From: Ciceribacter sp. sgz301302 | GTDB taxonomy: Bacteria > Pseudomonadota > Alphaproteobacteria > Rhizobiales > Rhizobiaceae | Direction: 5' to 3' | Length of the DNA: 64,000 bases | Assembly (NCBI RefSeq): GCF_041928815.1 | Contig: NZ_JBHFEI010000008.1 | Span: forward strand, 198,349 to 262,348 | Shown: in pieces, positions 18,932 through 29,182 of the stretch | Layout of the letters: every line of letters begins with the position of its first letter | Numbering within the stretch: the first letter of the stretch is position 1 | Position numbers and translations under genes: made by a program | Notes under the pieces: model-generated | Database searches by the model: none | The model's input: the letters and a program-made list of their open reading frames with translations, nothing else | What the model was told of the DNA's origin: nothing

Positions 18932-19659
18932 CCCCGTCGCTGTCGGGCCCTTACTCTGCCTCACGTGCCTCACCGGGTGAACCTCGCGATTGAAACCGTG
19001 CCTTGCATCCATTCTGAAAGACATGGCCCCATCTTGGTTAACGATCCCTTTCCAAATTAAGGACTGCATCTGGCGGACACACCTGCGCAAGGCTTCGCAA
19101 AGCCAGGAATCGATCAATAATATGGCGGGTTTGGCTTTTCCCTTGCCATTGTGACATGAAAACCATAAAAGCGTCCTGGGGAGAAAGTGTTGTCGAGTTG
19201 GAATCGAAAATTGGGCAGCCACAGCGTTTCGCCTGGCGCCGGATCAGCGCAGAACAGACCGTCTGTCGACCGCGTTTCCGCTTCTCAGATGCCGTTTTCC
19301 ATTCATCCTTCGACGGTCACCTTCCCCGGCTGTTGGATGGTTCGTCATAGCCGGCGGTTGCCGGTCGCATTCGGAGCGTCGGCGCTCCAGCCCGGCTTGC
19401 TGCCGGGCATGTTTCATCGGGCCTGCAAGGGTCCAGTATTTTGGCATTCCCGTTTGGTCATGACGTTGACGAAGAGACACCGGCAAGAGGTGAAAGGGCC
19501 CTGGAACGGATCCGTTCCACGCATCGCCCCGCTCTTGGGACGTGATCGGCGCCGGACGGGAACTTTCACATCCGGCACAGGACGCCTGGCGTGCGACGGC
19601 TCTTCCCGAGGGAAGAGAGCGGACGCCTGCGCGACGGCGTGCCGAGGAGTTTACCTTAC

Positions 19660-22600
19660 ATGGCAGAGAAAATGCTCATCGATGCGTCTCACTCGGAAGA
19701 GACGCGCGTGGTGGTCGTCCGCGGCAACCGCATAGAAGAATTCGATTTCGAGTCCGAGCACAAGAAACAGATCCGCGGCAACATCTATCTCGCGAAGGTG
19801 ACGCGCGTCGAGCCGTCGCTCCAGGCCGCATTCGTCGACTATGGCGGCAACCGTCACGGCTTCCTCGCCTTCGCCGAGATCCATCCCGACTATTACCAGA
19901 TCCCGCTGGCGGATCGTCAGGCGCTGCTGAGGGCGGAAGCCGAGGACGCCCGGCGCGAGCGTGACGACGACGTCGAAAGCGTCGAAACCGCGCCGATCGC
20001 AGCCGCGAAAACGGCCGAGCCCTCGATCGCCGAACTGGCGGAATCGTCCCCCGCAACGACCGAGGCGAGCGACGCCGCTGCCGCCGGCATCGAAGCCCCG
20101 GTCGCCGACGACGTAACGCCGGCGGACACCGCCGAGGTCGCAGCCGAGGAAGCGCCGAAGCCGGCGAAGCCGAAGCGCGTGCGCAAGCCGCGGGCCAAGG
20201 CGGCACCCGTCGAGGCCCCGCCCGCGGAGGTCGAGGTCGCGGCAACGCTAGAGCCTGCCGCCGCGCCGGAAGGCGAGGCACAAGCCGAGGCGGCATCCTC
20301 GAGCGAGGTCGCCGATGCCGGCGACGGCGCCGTGCAGCCGCCGGCCGCCGACATCGACGATCCGGGCCCGGGCGGCACGATCGCGGCGATGGTCGACGTG
20401 GACGAGGTGTCCGAGGAAGCCGGCCGCCGCCGCGGCCATGACGACGACGAGGACGACGAGGACGACGGTCCGAACGGCGAGAAGGAAGTGATCGAGTCCG
20501 TCGGCGCGGAAGACGCGATGGAGGAGGTCCCCGACCGGCAGGTCCGGCGCCCGCGCAAACAGTACCGCATCCAGGAAGTGATCAAGCGCCGCCAGATCCT
20601 GCTGGTGCAGGTCGCCAAGGAAGAACGCGGCAACAAGGGCGCGGCGCTCACCACCTACCTGTCGCTCGCCGGTCGCTATTCGGTGCTGATGCCGAACACG
20701 GCGCGCGGCGGCGGCATTTCCCGCAAGATCACCAATCTTCCGGACCGCAAGCGCCTGAAGGAAATCGCCCGCGAACTCGAAGTGCCGCAGGGCATGGGCG
20801 TGATCCTGCGTACCGCCGGCGCCAACCGCACCAAGGTCGAGATCAAGCGCGATTTCGAATATCTGATGCGGCTTTGGGAAAACGTGCGCACGCTGACGCT
20901 GAACTCGACCGCCCCCTGCCTCGTCTACGAGGAAGGATCGCTGATCAAGCGGTCGATCCGCGACCTCTACAACAAGGACATCAACGAGATCATCGTCTCC
21001 GGCGAGGAAGGCTATCGTGAAGCGAAGGCCTTCATGAAGATGCTGATGCCGAGCCATGCCAAGGTGGTCCAGCCCTATCGCGACCTGCATCCGATCTTTG
21101 CCCGCTCGGGCATCGAGGCGCAGCTCGACCGCATGCTGCAGCCGCAGGTGACGCTGAAATCCGGCGGCTACATCATCATCAACCAGACGGAAGCGCTGGT
21201 GGCGATCGACGTCAACTCCGGGCGTTCGACGCGCGAGCATTCGATCGAGGACACCGCGCTCCAGACGAATCTCGAGGCGGCGGAAGAGGTGGCGCGCCAG
21301 TTGCGCCTGCGCGACCTTGCCGGCCTGATCGTCATCGACTTCATCGACATGGAGGAGAAGCGCAACAACCGCTCGGTCGAAAAGCGGCTGAAGGATCATC
21401 TGAAGAATGATCGCGCCCGCATCCAGGTCGGACGGATCTCGCATTTCGGCCTGCTCGAAATGTCGCGCCAGCGCATCCGCGCCTCTGTGCTCGAATCGAC
21501 GACGCAGACCTGCCCGCATTGCAACGGCACCGGCCATGTGCGCTCGCAGTCCTCGATCGCGCTGCATGTGCTGCGCGGCATCGAGGAATATCTGCTGAAG
21601 AACACGACGCACGACATCACCGTTAGGACGACGCCGGAGATCGCGCTCTACCTCCTCAACCAGAAGCGCGGCACGATCACCGATTACGAGCAGCGGTTCG
21701 GCGTCTCGATCATCATCGAGGCCGACGCCCATGTGGGCGCAACCCATTTCGCGATCGATCGCGGCGAAGCAGTCGAAAACCCGGTGAAGATCGAGTCGAT
21801 CCTGCATTTCGAGCCGGAGATCGAGGAAGAGGACGACATCGTTCCCGAAGAGGACGAGAGCGAAGAAACCGAGGAGGCCGTCGCGGCAACGGTGTCGACG
21901 CCGCGCGACCAGCAGATCTCCGGCGACGACCAGAACGGACGCAAGCGCAAGCGCCGCCGCCGCCGTCGCGGTGGCCGCGGCTCCGAGGGCGGTTCGGCAG
22001 GTGCCGATGAGGCGGCCCTCGGCGACGACGACGGCGACGAGGATCTCGACGCGGCGGACGAGGACGACGAGGCGGCAGCCGCGACCATCGAATCGGTCGC
22101 GACGCCTGCGGCGGATGCGGATGGCGACGGCAAGCGCAAGCGCCGCCGTCGCGGCAAGCGCGGCGGCCGGCGCAGCCGTTCCGACGAACTGGGTGGCGAC
22201 GAGCATTCGGCCTCCGCCGACGACGACGGCCAGGGCGACGAGGGCGACGGCGAGGATGACGAGCCGGTCGCGACCGTTGTCGGCGACGAGGTCGGCGAGG
22301 ACGAGGCTCCCGAAAGCGCCGAAGCCGTCGCACTCGACGGGACGGCCGGGGATGCGGGCGAACCTGCCCGCCCGCGCCGGCGCCGCAGGTCGTCCGGCAC
22401 GGAGACGGTCGACAGCGCGCCCGCCGCCGACAGCGCCGAGGCAGGGGAAGAAACGCCCGACGGCGCCGCCGTCGACGCGCAGGAGGATCGCGACCTTGCC
22501 GAGGCGGAGGCCGCAGTGGCTGTCGAAGCCGAGGTCGAGCCGGAAGCACCCGCAGCCCCGGTTCGCGCCAATCGCGACATCACGGCGATCGCCAGCGAAC

Positions 22601-22692
22601 CGGTGGTCCGCTCCTCGTCCGTGACCAGCGACGAAGGTGAGGCGGACAAACCGAAGAAGGGTGGCTGGTGGCAGCGCCGCGGCTTCTTCTGA
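19660..22692 (+). CDS. rne: Ribonuclease E
   Basis: MAEKMLIDASHSEETRVVVVRGNRIEEFDFESE...S1 domain...long Arg/Asp/Glu/Ala-rich C-terminal scaffold. GAGGAG RBS ~10 nt upstream. Confidence 0.9.
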   Translation: MAEKMLIDASHSEETRVVVVRGNRIEEFDFESEHKKQIRGNIYLAKVTRVEPSLQAAFVDYGGNRHGFLAFAEIHPDYYQIPLADRQALLRAEAEDARRERDDDVESVETAPIAAAKTAEPSIAELAESSPATTEASDAAAAGIEAPVADDVTPADTAEVAAEEAPKPAKPKRVRKPRAKAAPVEAPPAEVEVAATLEPAAAPEGEAQAEAASSSEVADAGDGAVQPPAADIDDPGPGGTIAAMVDVDEVSEEAGRRRGHDDDEDDEDDGPNGEKEVIESVGAEDAMEEVPDRQVRRPRKQYRIQEVIKRRQILLVQVAKEERGNKGAALTTYLSLAGRYSVLMPNTARGGGISRKITNLPDRKRLKEIARELEVPQGMGVILRTAGANRTKVEIKRDFEYLMRLWENVRTLTLNSTAPCLVYEEGSLIKRSIRDLYNKDINEIIVSGEEGYREAKAFMKMLMPSHAKVVQPYRDLHPIFARSGIEAQLDRMLQPQVTLKSGGYIIINQTEALVAIDVNSGRSTREHSIEDTALQTNLEAAEEVARQLRLRDLAGLIVIDFIDMEEKRNNRSVEKRLKDHLKNDRARIQVGRISHFGLLEMSRQRIRASVLESTTQTCPHCNGTGHVRSQSSIALHVLRGIEEYLLKNTTHDITVRTTPEIALYLLNQKRGTITDYEQRFGVSIIIEADAHVGATHFAIDRGEAVENPVKIESILHFEPEIEEEDDIVPEEDESEETEEAVAATVSTPRDQQISGDDQNGRKRKRRRRRRGGRGSEGGSAGADEAALGDDDGDEDLDAADEDDEAAAATIESVATPAADADGDGKRKRRRRGKRGGRRSRSDELGGDEHSASADDDGQGDEGDGEDDEPVATVVGDEVGEDEAPESAEAVALDGTAGDAGEPARPRRRRRSSGTETVDSAPAADSAEAGEETPDGAAVDAQEDRDLAEAEAAVAVEAEVEPEAPAAPVRANRDITAIASEPVVRSSSVTSDEGEADKPKKGGWWQRRGFF

Positions 22693-22794
22693 TCGGTCGC
22701 ATGGCGCAAGCCGGCATACCGCCCGACGGGAAGGCCGCCCGGCCTTCCTGATCGCGGAAGCTTCTTGCTCCTGAAAAGGCCCAGAGACGAAAAA

Positions 22795-22822
22795 CCCGTC
22801 ATCGCGCGATGGCGGGTTTTTT
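22795..22822 (+). terminator. Intrinsic terminator after rne (hairpin CCCGTCATCGCGCGATGGCGGG + T6)
   Basis: GC-rich near-perfect hairpin followed by TTTTTT. A-tract on the 5' side makes it potentially bidirectional. Confidence 0.7.
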
Positions 22823-23124
22823 CATGACGGGCGTCATTCCGGCGAACGACGGGCCCCTGCCGCTCCACCTCCCTCAGCGATGCAGGCGTGCCCTCCCCGC
22901 GCAGCATGCGTCCGGGGGAAAGGATGAGAATGAAGCGCTTCATGCGCGCAATCCGCCCTTCGCGACGAATCCCTGTTTTCCCGACTGTAGCCCGGTGCGG
23001 CGGTGTTCGATGCGGACGTCCGCGCGAGCGCCGCATTTCCGCCGGCTTTTGCGGTTTCGTCGGCGGCGGTCCCGGCGTATGGTCGGCGCCACAGCTTGTT
23101 TTCGCGAAAGGCATCGAGAGACCC

Positions 23125-23892
23125 ATGAGACACTGGACCGTCCGGCGGATCGCCGCCCTCCTGCTCGCCGCCACGGCCCTCGCCAGCTTGCCCCGGGCGG
23201 CGCTGGCCCTTGATCCGGCGGAGAAGGAGGAAATCGGCGCCTTCGTCCGGGAATACCTGATCGCCAATCCCGAGATCATGCTCGAGGTGCAGCAGGCGCT
23301 GAAGACGAAGCAGGAAGCCGACCAGAAACAGGCCTCCGCCGCCGCGATCGACGAGAACAGCCAGGCGATCTTCCATTCGGTCCATGACGTGACCCTCGGC
23401 AATCCAAAGGGCGACGTCACCATCGTCGAGTTCTACGACTACAATTGCGGCTACTGCAAACGGGCGCTCAGCGACATGGACCAGGTCATCAAGAGCGATC
23501 CCGACGTGCGTTTCGTCCTGAAGGAACTGCCGATCCTCGGGCCCGATTCGCTCGATGCCCACAAGGTCAGCGCGGCCTTCCGCCTGATCGCGCCGGAAAA
23601 ATACGGCGATTTCCACAGGCAGCTGCTCGGCAACGAGGAGCGCGCCACCGAGGCGTCGGCGATCGCGGTCGCGACCGGTCTCGGCGTCAGCGAGGCGGAG
23701 ATCCGCGCCAAAATGGAAACCGATCCCCATGACGAGGCCGTCAGCGAAGCCTATTCGCTCGCCAACGCGCTCGGCGTCAGCGGCACGCCGTCCTATGTGA
23801 TCGGCGACGAGGCCGTGTTCGGCGCCGTCGGTGTCGATGCGCTGAAGGCGAAGGTCGCCAATATCAGGGCCTGCGGCAAGAGCACCTGCTGA
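23125..23892 (+). CDS. DsbA-family periplasmic thiol:disulfide oxidoreductase
   Basis: Signal peptide MRHWTVRRIAALLLAATALASLP. Thioredoxin-fold CGYC active site (FYDYNCGYCK). Confidence 0.8.
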   Translation: MRHWTVRRIAALLLAATALASLPRAALALDPAEKEEIGAFVREYLIANPEIMLEVQQALKTKQEADQKQASAAAIDENSQAIFHSVHDVTLGNPKGDVTIVEFYDYNCGYCKRALSDMDQVIKSDPDVRFVLKELPILGPDSLDAHKVSAAFRLIAPEKYGDFHRQLLGNEERATEASAIAVATGLGVSEAEIRAKMETDPHDEAVSEAYSLANALGVSGTPSYVIGDEAVFGAVGVDALKAKVANIRACGKSTC

Positions 23893-24070
23893 CGACCATC
23901 GCCGCGCGGCCGGGCGCCGGCACGTCCCGGACGGTCGCTCCGGGAACGGCGCGCCCGAACCGAAGGTGGTGTCCCTTGCGCGTCGAGCCCGCCAAGGCGG
24001 CCGGACCTCGCGGCAAACACCCTCCGACCATCCACTGCTTCGATCCCTTTCTCTTGCGGAACCTTTCCTG

Positions 24071-24505
24071 ATGGCGACCCTCTTCATCCTCAACGGCCCG
24101 AACCTGAACGCGCTCGGCAAGCGCGAACCCGGCATCTATGGTGGCCAGACGCTCGCCGACATCGAGACGCTCTGCCGCGCGGAAGCCGAAGGCCTCGGCT
24201 TTTCCGTCGATTTCCGCCAGTCGAACCACGAAGGCGTGCTCGTCGACTGGCTGCATGAGGCGGGAGACACGGCCGCAGGCGTCGCGATCAATCCCGGCGC
24301 CTACGGCCATACCTCCATCGCGCTGCATGACGCGATCCGCGCGATCCATGTGCCGGTGGTGGAGTTGCATCTCTCCAACATCCACGCCCGCGAGGAATTC
24401 CGCCACCGCTCGATGATCGCGCCGGCGGTCAAGGGGGTCATCTGCGGTTTCGGCGCCCAGAGTTATCTCCTCGCGATCCGCGCGCTGCGCGGGCTGATCG
24501 GATAG
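24071..24505 (+). CDS. aroQ: 3-dehydroquinate dehydratase, type II
   Basis: MATLFILNGPNLNALGKREPGIYG...INPGAYGHTSIALHDA, classic type II DHQase motifs. Confidence 0.9.
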   Translation: MATLFILNGPNLNALGKREPGIYGGQTLADIETLCRAEAEGLGFSVDFRQSNHEGVLVDWLHEAGDTAAGVAINPGAYGHTSIALHDAIRAIHVPVVELHLSNIHAREEFRHRSMIAPAVKGVICGFGAQSYLLAIRALRGLIG

Positions 24506-24592
24506 AGCGGGCAAAGCGCCGTCACCGCTGGCGATTGCGCCGGCTTGCGACATGCATTAGACCACAGAACAAGAAAACGAGGTTCGAATCCC

Positions 24593-25063
24593 ATGGCTGA
24601 CAAGAAACCCGGCATCGACAAGACGCTCATCCGCGATCTCGCCAACATCCTCAACGACACAGACCTGACGGAAATCGAGATCGAGCAGGAAGACATTCGG
24701 ATCCGCGTTTCGCGAACGATCGCGACCCAGTACGTCCAGGCCCCGGTCGCAGCCCCCCTGCCCGTCGCGGCAGCGCCGGTCCAGGCGGCCGTCGCCGCTC
24801 CGGCCGCCGAGGCCGCGGCCGCCGCCTCCAAGAACGCCGTGACCGCGCCGATGGTCGGCACCTGCTACCTCGCCCCTTCGCCCGGCGCGCGCGCCTTCGT
24901 CGAGGTCGGCGGTACGGTCAAGGAAGGCCAGACCATCCTCATTATCGAGGCGATGAAAACGATGAACCAGATCCCCGCGCCGCGTTCGGGCAAGGTCGTC
25001 GAGATCCTCGTCCAGGACGGCACTCCGGTCGAGTATGGCGAAGCCGTCATGATCATCGAGTAA
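24593..25063 (+). CDS. accB: Acetyl-CoA carboxylase biotin carboxyl carrier protein
   Basis: Pro/Ala linker and biotinylation motif EAMKTMNQI. Confidence 0.9.
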   Translation: MADKKPGIDKTLIRDLANILNDTDLTEIEIEQEDIRIRVSRTIATQYVQAPVAAPLPVAAAPVQAAVAAPAAEAAAAASKNAVTAPMVGTCYLAPSPGARAFVEVGGTVKEGQTILIIEAMKTMNQIPAPRSGKVVEILVQDGTPVEYGEAVMIIE

Positions 25064-25072
25064 GGCGGCGCC

Positions 25073-26422
25073 ATGATCTCCAAAGTCCTGATCGCCAATC
25101 GCGGCGAAATCGCCCTCCGGGTCCTGCGCGCCTGCAAGGAACTCGGCATCGCCACCGTCGCGGTCCATTCCACCGCCGATGCCGACGCGATGCATGTGCG
25201 CCTTGCCGACGAAAGCGTCTGCATCGGCCCGCCGCCCTCGCGCGACAGCTATCTCAACATCCACCAGATCGTCGCGGCCTGCGAGATCACCGGCGCCGAT
25301 GCCGTCCATCCCGGCTACGGCTTCCTGTCGGAAAACGCCAAGTTCGCCGACATCCTCGAGGCACACGGCATCACCTTCATCGGCCCGACGGCGGAGCATA
25401 TCCGCATCATGGGCGACAAGATCACGGCGAAGAAGACGGCCGAGGAACTGGGCATCCCCGTCGTTCCGGGCTCCGATGGCGAGGTGAAGCCCGAGAACGC
25501 GCTGGAGATCGCCCGCGCGATCGGCTTTCCCGTGCTGATCAAGGCGACGGCCGGCGGCGGCGGGCGCGGCATGAAGGTGGCGAGATCCGAGGACGACCTC
25601 GAGGAGGCGCTGCTGACGGCGCGCTCCGAGGCGGCCTCCGCCTTCGGCAACGACGCCGTCTACATGGAAAAATATCTCGGCAAGCCGCGCCATATCGAGA
25701 TCCAGGTGGTCGGCGACGGCGAGGGCAACGCCATCCATCTCGGCGAGCGCGACTGCTCGCTCCAGCGCCGCCACCAGAAGGTATGGGAAGAGGCGAATTC
25801 GCCGGCACTGAATGTCGAGCAGCGCATGGCGATCGGCAAGATCTGCGCCGATGCGATGAAGAAGCTCAAATATCGCGGTGCCGGCACGGTCGAGTTCCTC
25901 TACGAGGACGGCAAGTTCTACTTTATCGAGATGAACACCCGTCTGCAGGTCGAGCATCCGATCACCGAGGCGATCACCGGCATCGACCTCGTGCACGAGC
26001 AGATCCGCGTCGCCTCCGGCGGCGGCCTCTCGGTGAATCAAGAGGATGTCGTCTTCCAGGGCCACGCCATCGAATGCCGCATCAATGCCGAGGATCCGCG
26101 CACTTTCGTCCCCTCGCCGGGCACGATCACGCATTTCCATGCGCCGGGCGGGCTCGGCGTTCGCGTCGATTCGGGCGCCTATCAGGGCTACCGGATCCCG
26201 CCCTATTACGACAGCCTGATCGGCAAGCTCATCGTGCACGGGCGCACCCGCGTCGAATGCATGATGCGCCTGCGCCGCGTGCTCGACGAATTCGTCATCG
26301 ACGGCATCAAGACGACGCTGCCGCTGTTCCAGGACCTGATCAACAATCAGGACATCGCCAATGGCGACTACGACATCCACTGGCTGGAACACTATCTCGC
26401 CAGTACGACGCCCTCGGCCTAG
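25073..26422 (+). CDS. accC: Acetyl-CoA carboxylase biotin carboxylase subunit
   Basis: [26 protein letters not shown]..., ATP-grasp motifs. 449 aa. Confidence 0.95.
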   Translation: MISKVLIANRGEIALRVLRACKELGIATVAVHSTADADAMHVRLADESVCIGPPPSRDSYLNIHQIVAACEITGADAVHPGYGFLSENAKFADILEAHGITFIGPTAEHIRIMGDKITAKKTAEELGIPVVPGSDGEVKPENALEIARAIGFPVLIKATAGGGGRGMKVARSEDDLEEALLTARSEAASAFGNDAVYMEKYLGKPRHIEIQVVGDGEGNAIHLGERDCSLQRRHQKVWEEANSPALNVEQRMAIGKICADAMKKLKYRGAGTVEFLYEDGKFYFIEMNTRLQVEHPITEAITGIDLVHEQIRVASGGGLSVNQEDVVFQGHAIECRINAEDPRTFVPSPGTITHFHAPGGLGVRVDSGAYQGYRIPPYYDSLIGKLIVHGRTRVECMMRLRRVLDEFVIDGIKTTLPLFQDLINNQDIANGDYDIHWLEHYLASTTPSA

Positions 26423-26425
26423 GCG

Positions 26426-27040
26426 ATGATCGGGTCGCGCAGACGACGGCAGGACATCACGCCGGACCTGCTGCTGCGCGCCTATTCGATCGGCCTTTTC
26501 CCGATGGCCGATTCGGCGGACGACCCGGAGCTCTTCTGGGTCGAGCCGGAACTGCGCGGCATCATCCCGCTCGACGGTTTCCACGTGTCGCGAAGCCTGC
26601 AGAAGCTGATGCGGTCAGCCCCCTTCGACATCCGCGTCGACACGGCCTTTACCGAAGTGATGCGCGGATGCGCCGCCCCGGCACCGGACCGGCCGACCAC
26701 CTGGATCAACGGCAAGATCCTCGACCTCTACACGACGCTGCACGGCATGGGCTACGCCCACAGCGTCGAGGCCTTCGAGGGCGACACGCTGGTCGGCGGC
26801 CTCTACGGCATTTCGCTCGGCTCGGCCTTCTTCGGCGAAAGCATGTTCTCGCGCCGCGCCAATGCCTCGAAGATCTGCCTGGTGCATCTGGTGGCGCGGC
26901 TTAAGCAGAAGGGCTTCACCCTCCTCGACACGCAGTTCACCACCGACCACCTGAAGACCTTCGGCGCGATCGACGTCCCGAAGGCCCGGTACCAGACGCT
27001 GCTGGCCGCCGCGATGGAAGGCCCGGATCTCGTTTTCTGA
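26426..27040 (+). CDS. aat: Leucyl/phenylalanyl-tRNA--protein transferase
   Basis: L/F-transferase pattern ([19 protein letters not shown]...[11 protein letters not shown]). Confidence 0.9.
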   Translation: MIGSRRRRQDITPDLLLRAYSIGLFPMADSADDPELFWVEPELRGIIPLDGFHVSRSLQKLMRSAPFDIRVDTAFTEVMRGCAAPAPDRPTTWINGKILDLYTTLHGMGYAHSVEAFEGDTLVGGLYGISLGSAFFGESMFSRRANASKICLVHLVARLKQKGFTLLDTQFTTDHLKTFGAIDVPKARYQTLLAAAMEGPDLVF

Positions 27041-27132
27041 ATTTTCGAGTGTTTCCGTTTCAACGCCTCGTCCGGACGTCAGAGCGGTCCAGCGTCGGTT
27101 GGACACGCCTTAGAAAACCTGAGCCGGCGCCC

Positions 27133-27594
27133 TCACTCGGCCTGGGCTGCATCCGGCGGCGGCAGGTCTGATTTCGCCTTGCAGTCCTTCAGCCAGACGT
27201 CATAGACGGGGTGCTCGACGGCGTTGAGGCCGGGGCTGTCGGCGAACATCCAGCCGGTGAAGATGCGGCGGATCTTGCGGTCGAGCGTGATTTCGTCGAC
27301 CTCGACGAAGGTCGTCACCTTCTGCGCCTCGGTCTCGTCGCGGCTGTAGCAGACGCGCGGCGTCACCTGCAGCGCGCCGAACTGCACCGTCTCGCCGATA
27401 TAGACGTCGAAGGTTGTGATGCGGCCGGTGATCTTGTCGATGCCGGAGAAGACGGCGACGGGATTGGCGATCCGCGCGGCCGAAACCGGTTGCGCCAGCA
27501 CGCCCGCACCGGCGGCGAGGAGACACGCCAGAACGCGTCCGCAGGCCCGCTTCTGGAACTGGAAAAGGCCCTTCGGGGCCCTGAAGAAGGTCAT
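27133..27594 (-). CDS. DUF2155-like secreted protein
   Basis: Signal peptide, ~150 aa. I recall the DUF2155 plus NDUFA12-like pairing as typical of alphaproteobacteria. Confidence 0.6.
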   Translation of the reverse strand: MTFFRAPKGLFQFQKRACGRVLACLLAAGAGVLAQPVSAARIANPVAVFSGIDKITGRITTFDVYIGETVQFGALQVTPRVCYSRDETEAQKVTTFVEVDEITLDRKIRRIFTGWMFADSPGLNAVEHPVYDVWLKDCKAKSDLPPPDAAQAE

Positions 27595-27706
27595 GCGTCA
27601 CCCGTCATCTGCGGTGCGCTGCCGCCTGCCGGCCGCAGTCTTTTGCAATCCGGCGCAGCCATGCGCGCCCGCCTGCTTGCTATCGGCCGATTGTGGCGAT
27701 TCCGGT

Positions 27707-28102
27707 TCAGGAGCGCGGCGTCCAGGCGTCATAGTCGCCGGTCACGCGCGGGCGCTCGCCGGCGCGGGCGATCGAGCCCTTGGGGCGATAGGCGCCGGCG
27801 GTTCCGGTCCGGTTCGGCTGGTGCGGCGCCTGCCATTCGCGCGGCGTATAGCTCTCGTCCGCCGGAGAAATGTCGGTGCGGTGATGCATCCAGCCGTGCC
27901 AGCCGGCCGGAATGGCCGAGGCATCGGCATAGCCGTTATAGATCACCCAGCGGCGGGTGCGCCCCTCGGAATCGGTGCCGCCCTGATAATAGACATTGCC
28001 GAACTCGTCCTCGCCGACACGGGTTCCAAAGCGCCAGGTGTGGAAGCGCGTTCCGATCGTCTGTCCGTTCCACCAGGTGAAAATCTGCGCCAGCAAAGAC
28101 AT
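27707..28102 (-). CDS. NDUFA12-family (NADH:ubiquinone oxidoreductase 17.2 kDa subunit-like) protein
   Basis: MSLLAQIFTWWNGQTIGTRFHTWRFGTRVGEDEFGNVYYQ...RRWVIYNGYADASAIPAGWHGWMHH matches the NDUFA12 signature. Confidence 0.7.
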   Translation of the reverse strand: MSLLAQIFTWWNGQTIGTRFHTWRFGTRVGEDEFGNVYYQGGTDSEGRTRRWVIYNGYADASAIPAGWHGWMHHRTDISPADESYTPREWQAPHQPNRTGTAGAYRPKGSIARAGERPRVTGDYDAWTPRS

Positions 28103-28211
28103 GAAGCACTCGCTTTCGGCCGGTGCGCCCCAAGGCGTCCGGAGGGGTTGGCTTTCCGTCGCTTATGCCGCGCAAGGCCCGGGTTGTCCAGCGGTTCTGC
28201 GGTCGCAGGTT

Positions 28212-28682
28212 CTATTTCAACGCAAGCTTGAAGCCGCGATGGGAGGGGGCGAAACCGAGGCGTTGGTAGAATCGGTGCGCGTCCGCCCGCTTCACGTTCG
28301 ACGTCAGCCGGATCGACGCCATCCCTTGCGCCCTCGCCGCATTAATCGCGACGCGGACCATGGCCTCGCCGATTCCCCGGCCACGCCGGTCGGCCCGGAC
28401 CTGCACGGCTTCGAGGATCATATGGGCGGCTCCCCTGTCCGTCAGCGACACCGTCACCAGCGTCTGGAACGTGCCGACCACGGCCCCGTCCAGTTCGGCG
28501 ACGTAGAGCGTCTCGCTCGAGGACGCGGCGATGCGGTCGAAGGCGGCGCGATAGGCGGGAAAGGCCGCCGGATCGGTCGTGTCTCCATGGCCGCCGATCG
28601 TATCGTCGGCGAAAAGCGCGATCAGCGCCGGCAGGTCGTCAGGCGTCGCCTGCCGGATGATCAGGGAAGCGTTCGGCATCAT
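28212..28682 (-). CDS. GNAT-family N-acetyltransferase
   Basis: Acetyl-CoA binding motif RGRGIGEAMV...A and overall GNAT fold pattern. Confidence 0.75.
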   Translation of the reverse strand: MMPNASLIIRQATPDDLPALIALFADDTIGGHGDTTDPAAFPAYRAAFDRIAASSSETLYVAELDGAVVGTFQTLVTVSLTDRGAAHMILEAVQVRADRRGRGIGEAMVRVAINAARAQGMASIRLTSNVKRADAHRFYQRLGFAPSHRGFKLALK

Positions 28683-28755
28683 GCGTCAGGGTCCGGAAGA
28701 AAGACTCGGTCCCACAGCATGTCGGGCACCGACGACGAACGCATGACGGCAGCGG

Positions 28756-29178
28756 TCAGGCGAGCGCTTTTTCGAAGAGGACGGTCGCCGTGCCGGCATG
28801 CTCGACGATCTTGGCGAAGCCATGCGCATCGAAGAAGGCGATCGCAGCCGCATTGCCCGGCGCCACCTCGACCCGCATGCGCCGTGCGTCGGGAAAACAC
28901 GTTTCGAGCTCGGCGAAGAGATCGCGCGCGATCCCCCGACGCCGGAAGCGGGCATCGACGCAGAGCATGTGGAGCTGCACCGTTTCCTTCAGCGCCATCG
29001 CGGCATAGCCGAAGCCGGCGATCGTCTTTCCGTCATCGGCGACGACGCATTCGGCGTCCGGGCGCGCGAGCCACGCCGTCAGTGTCGCGGAAGGAACCGG
29101 CGGCACCGGGCCCACCGCCGACAGGAGCGCCGCGACCTTCTCGATATCGCGCGCGGACGCGCTGCGCACGAAGAACAA
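28756..29178 (-). CDS. GNAT-family N-acetyltransferase
   Basis: RRRGIARDLFAELE motif A. 140 aa. Confidence 0.75.
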   Translation of the reverse strand: MFFVRSASARDIEKVAALLSAVGPVPPVPSATLTAWLARPDAECVVADDGKTIAGFGYAAMALKETVQLHMLCVDARFRRRGIARDLFAELETCFPDARRMRVEVAPGNAAAIAFFDAHGFAKIVEHAGTATVLFEKALA

Positions 29179-29182
29179 GGGA

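Noticed and set aside
17726-19222. Full 498-aa extent of the amidase ORF
   Set aside because: The upstream 97 codons lack signal-peptide logic. The start was moved to the ATG giving a proper signal peptide (18931).
19187-19735. 182-aa ORF in the rne leader
   Set aside because: Lies in the rne 5' UTR, low-complexity translation, no RBS. Treated as non-coding leader.
20248-23423. Long minus-strand ORFs antisense to rne and the dsbA region (20248..22206, 21684..23423, 22834..24135)
   Set aside because: Repetitive Arg/Ala/Ser/Pro translations mirroring the rne acidic/basic tail; artefacts.
24557-26584. 675-aa minus-strand ORF antisense to accB/accC
   Set aside because: accC and accB are unambiguous on the + strand.
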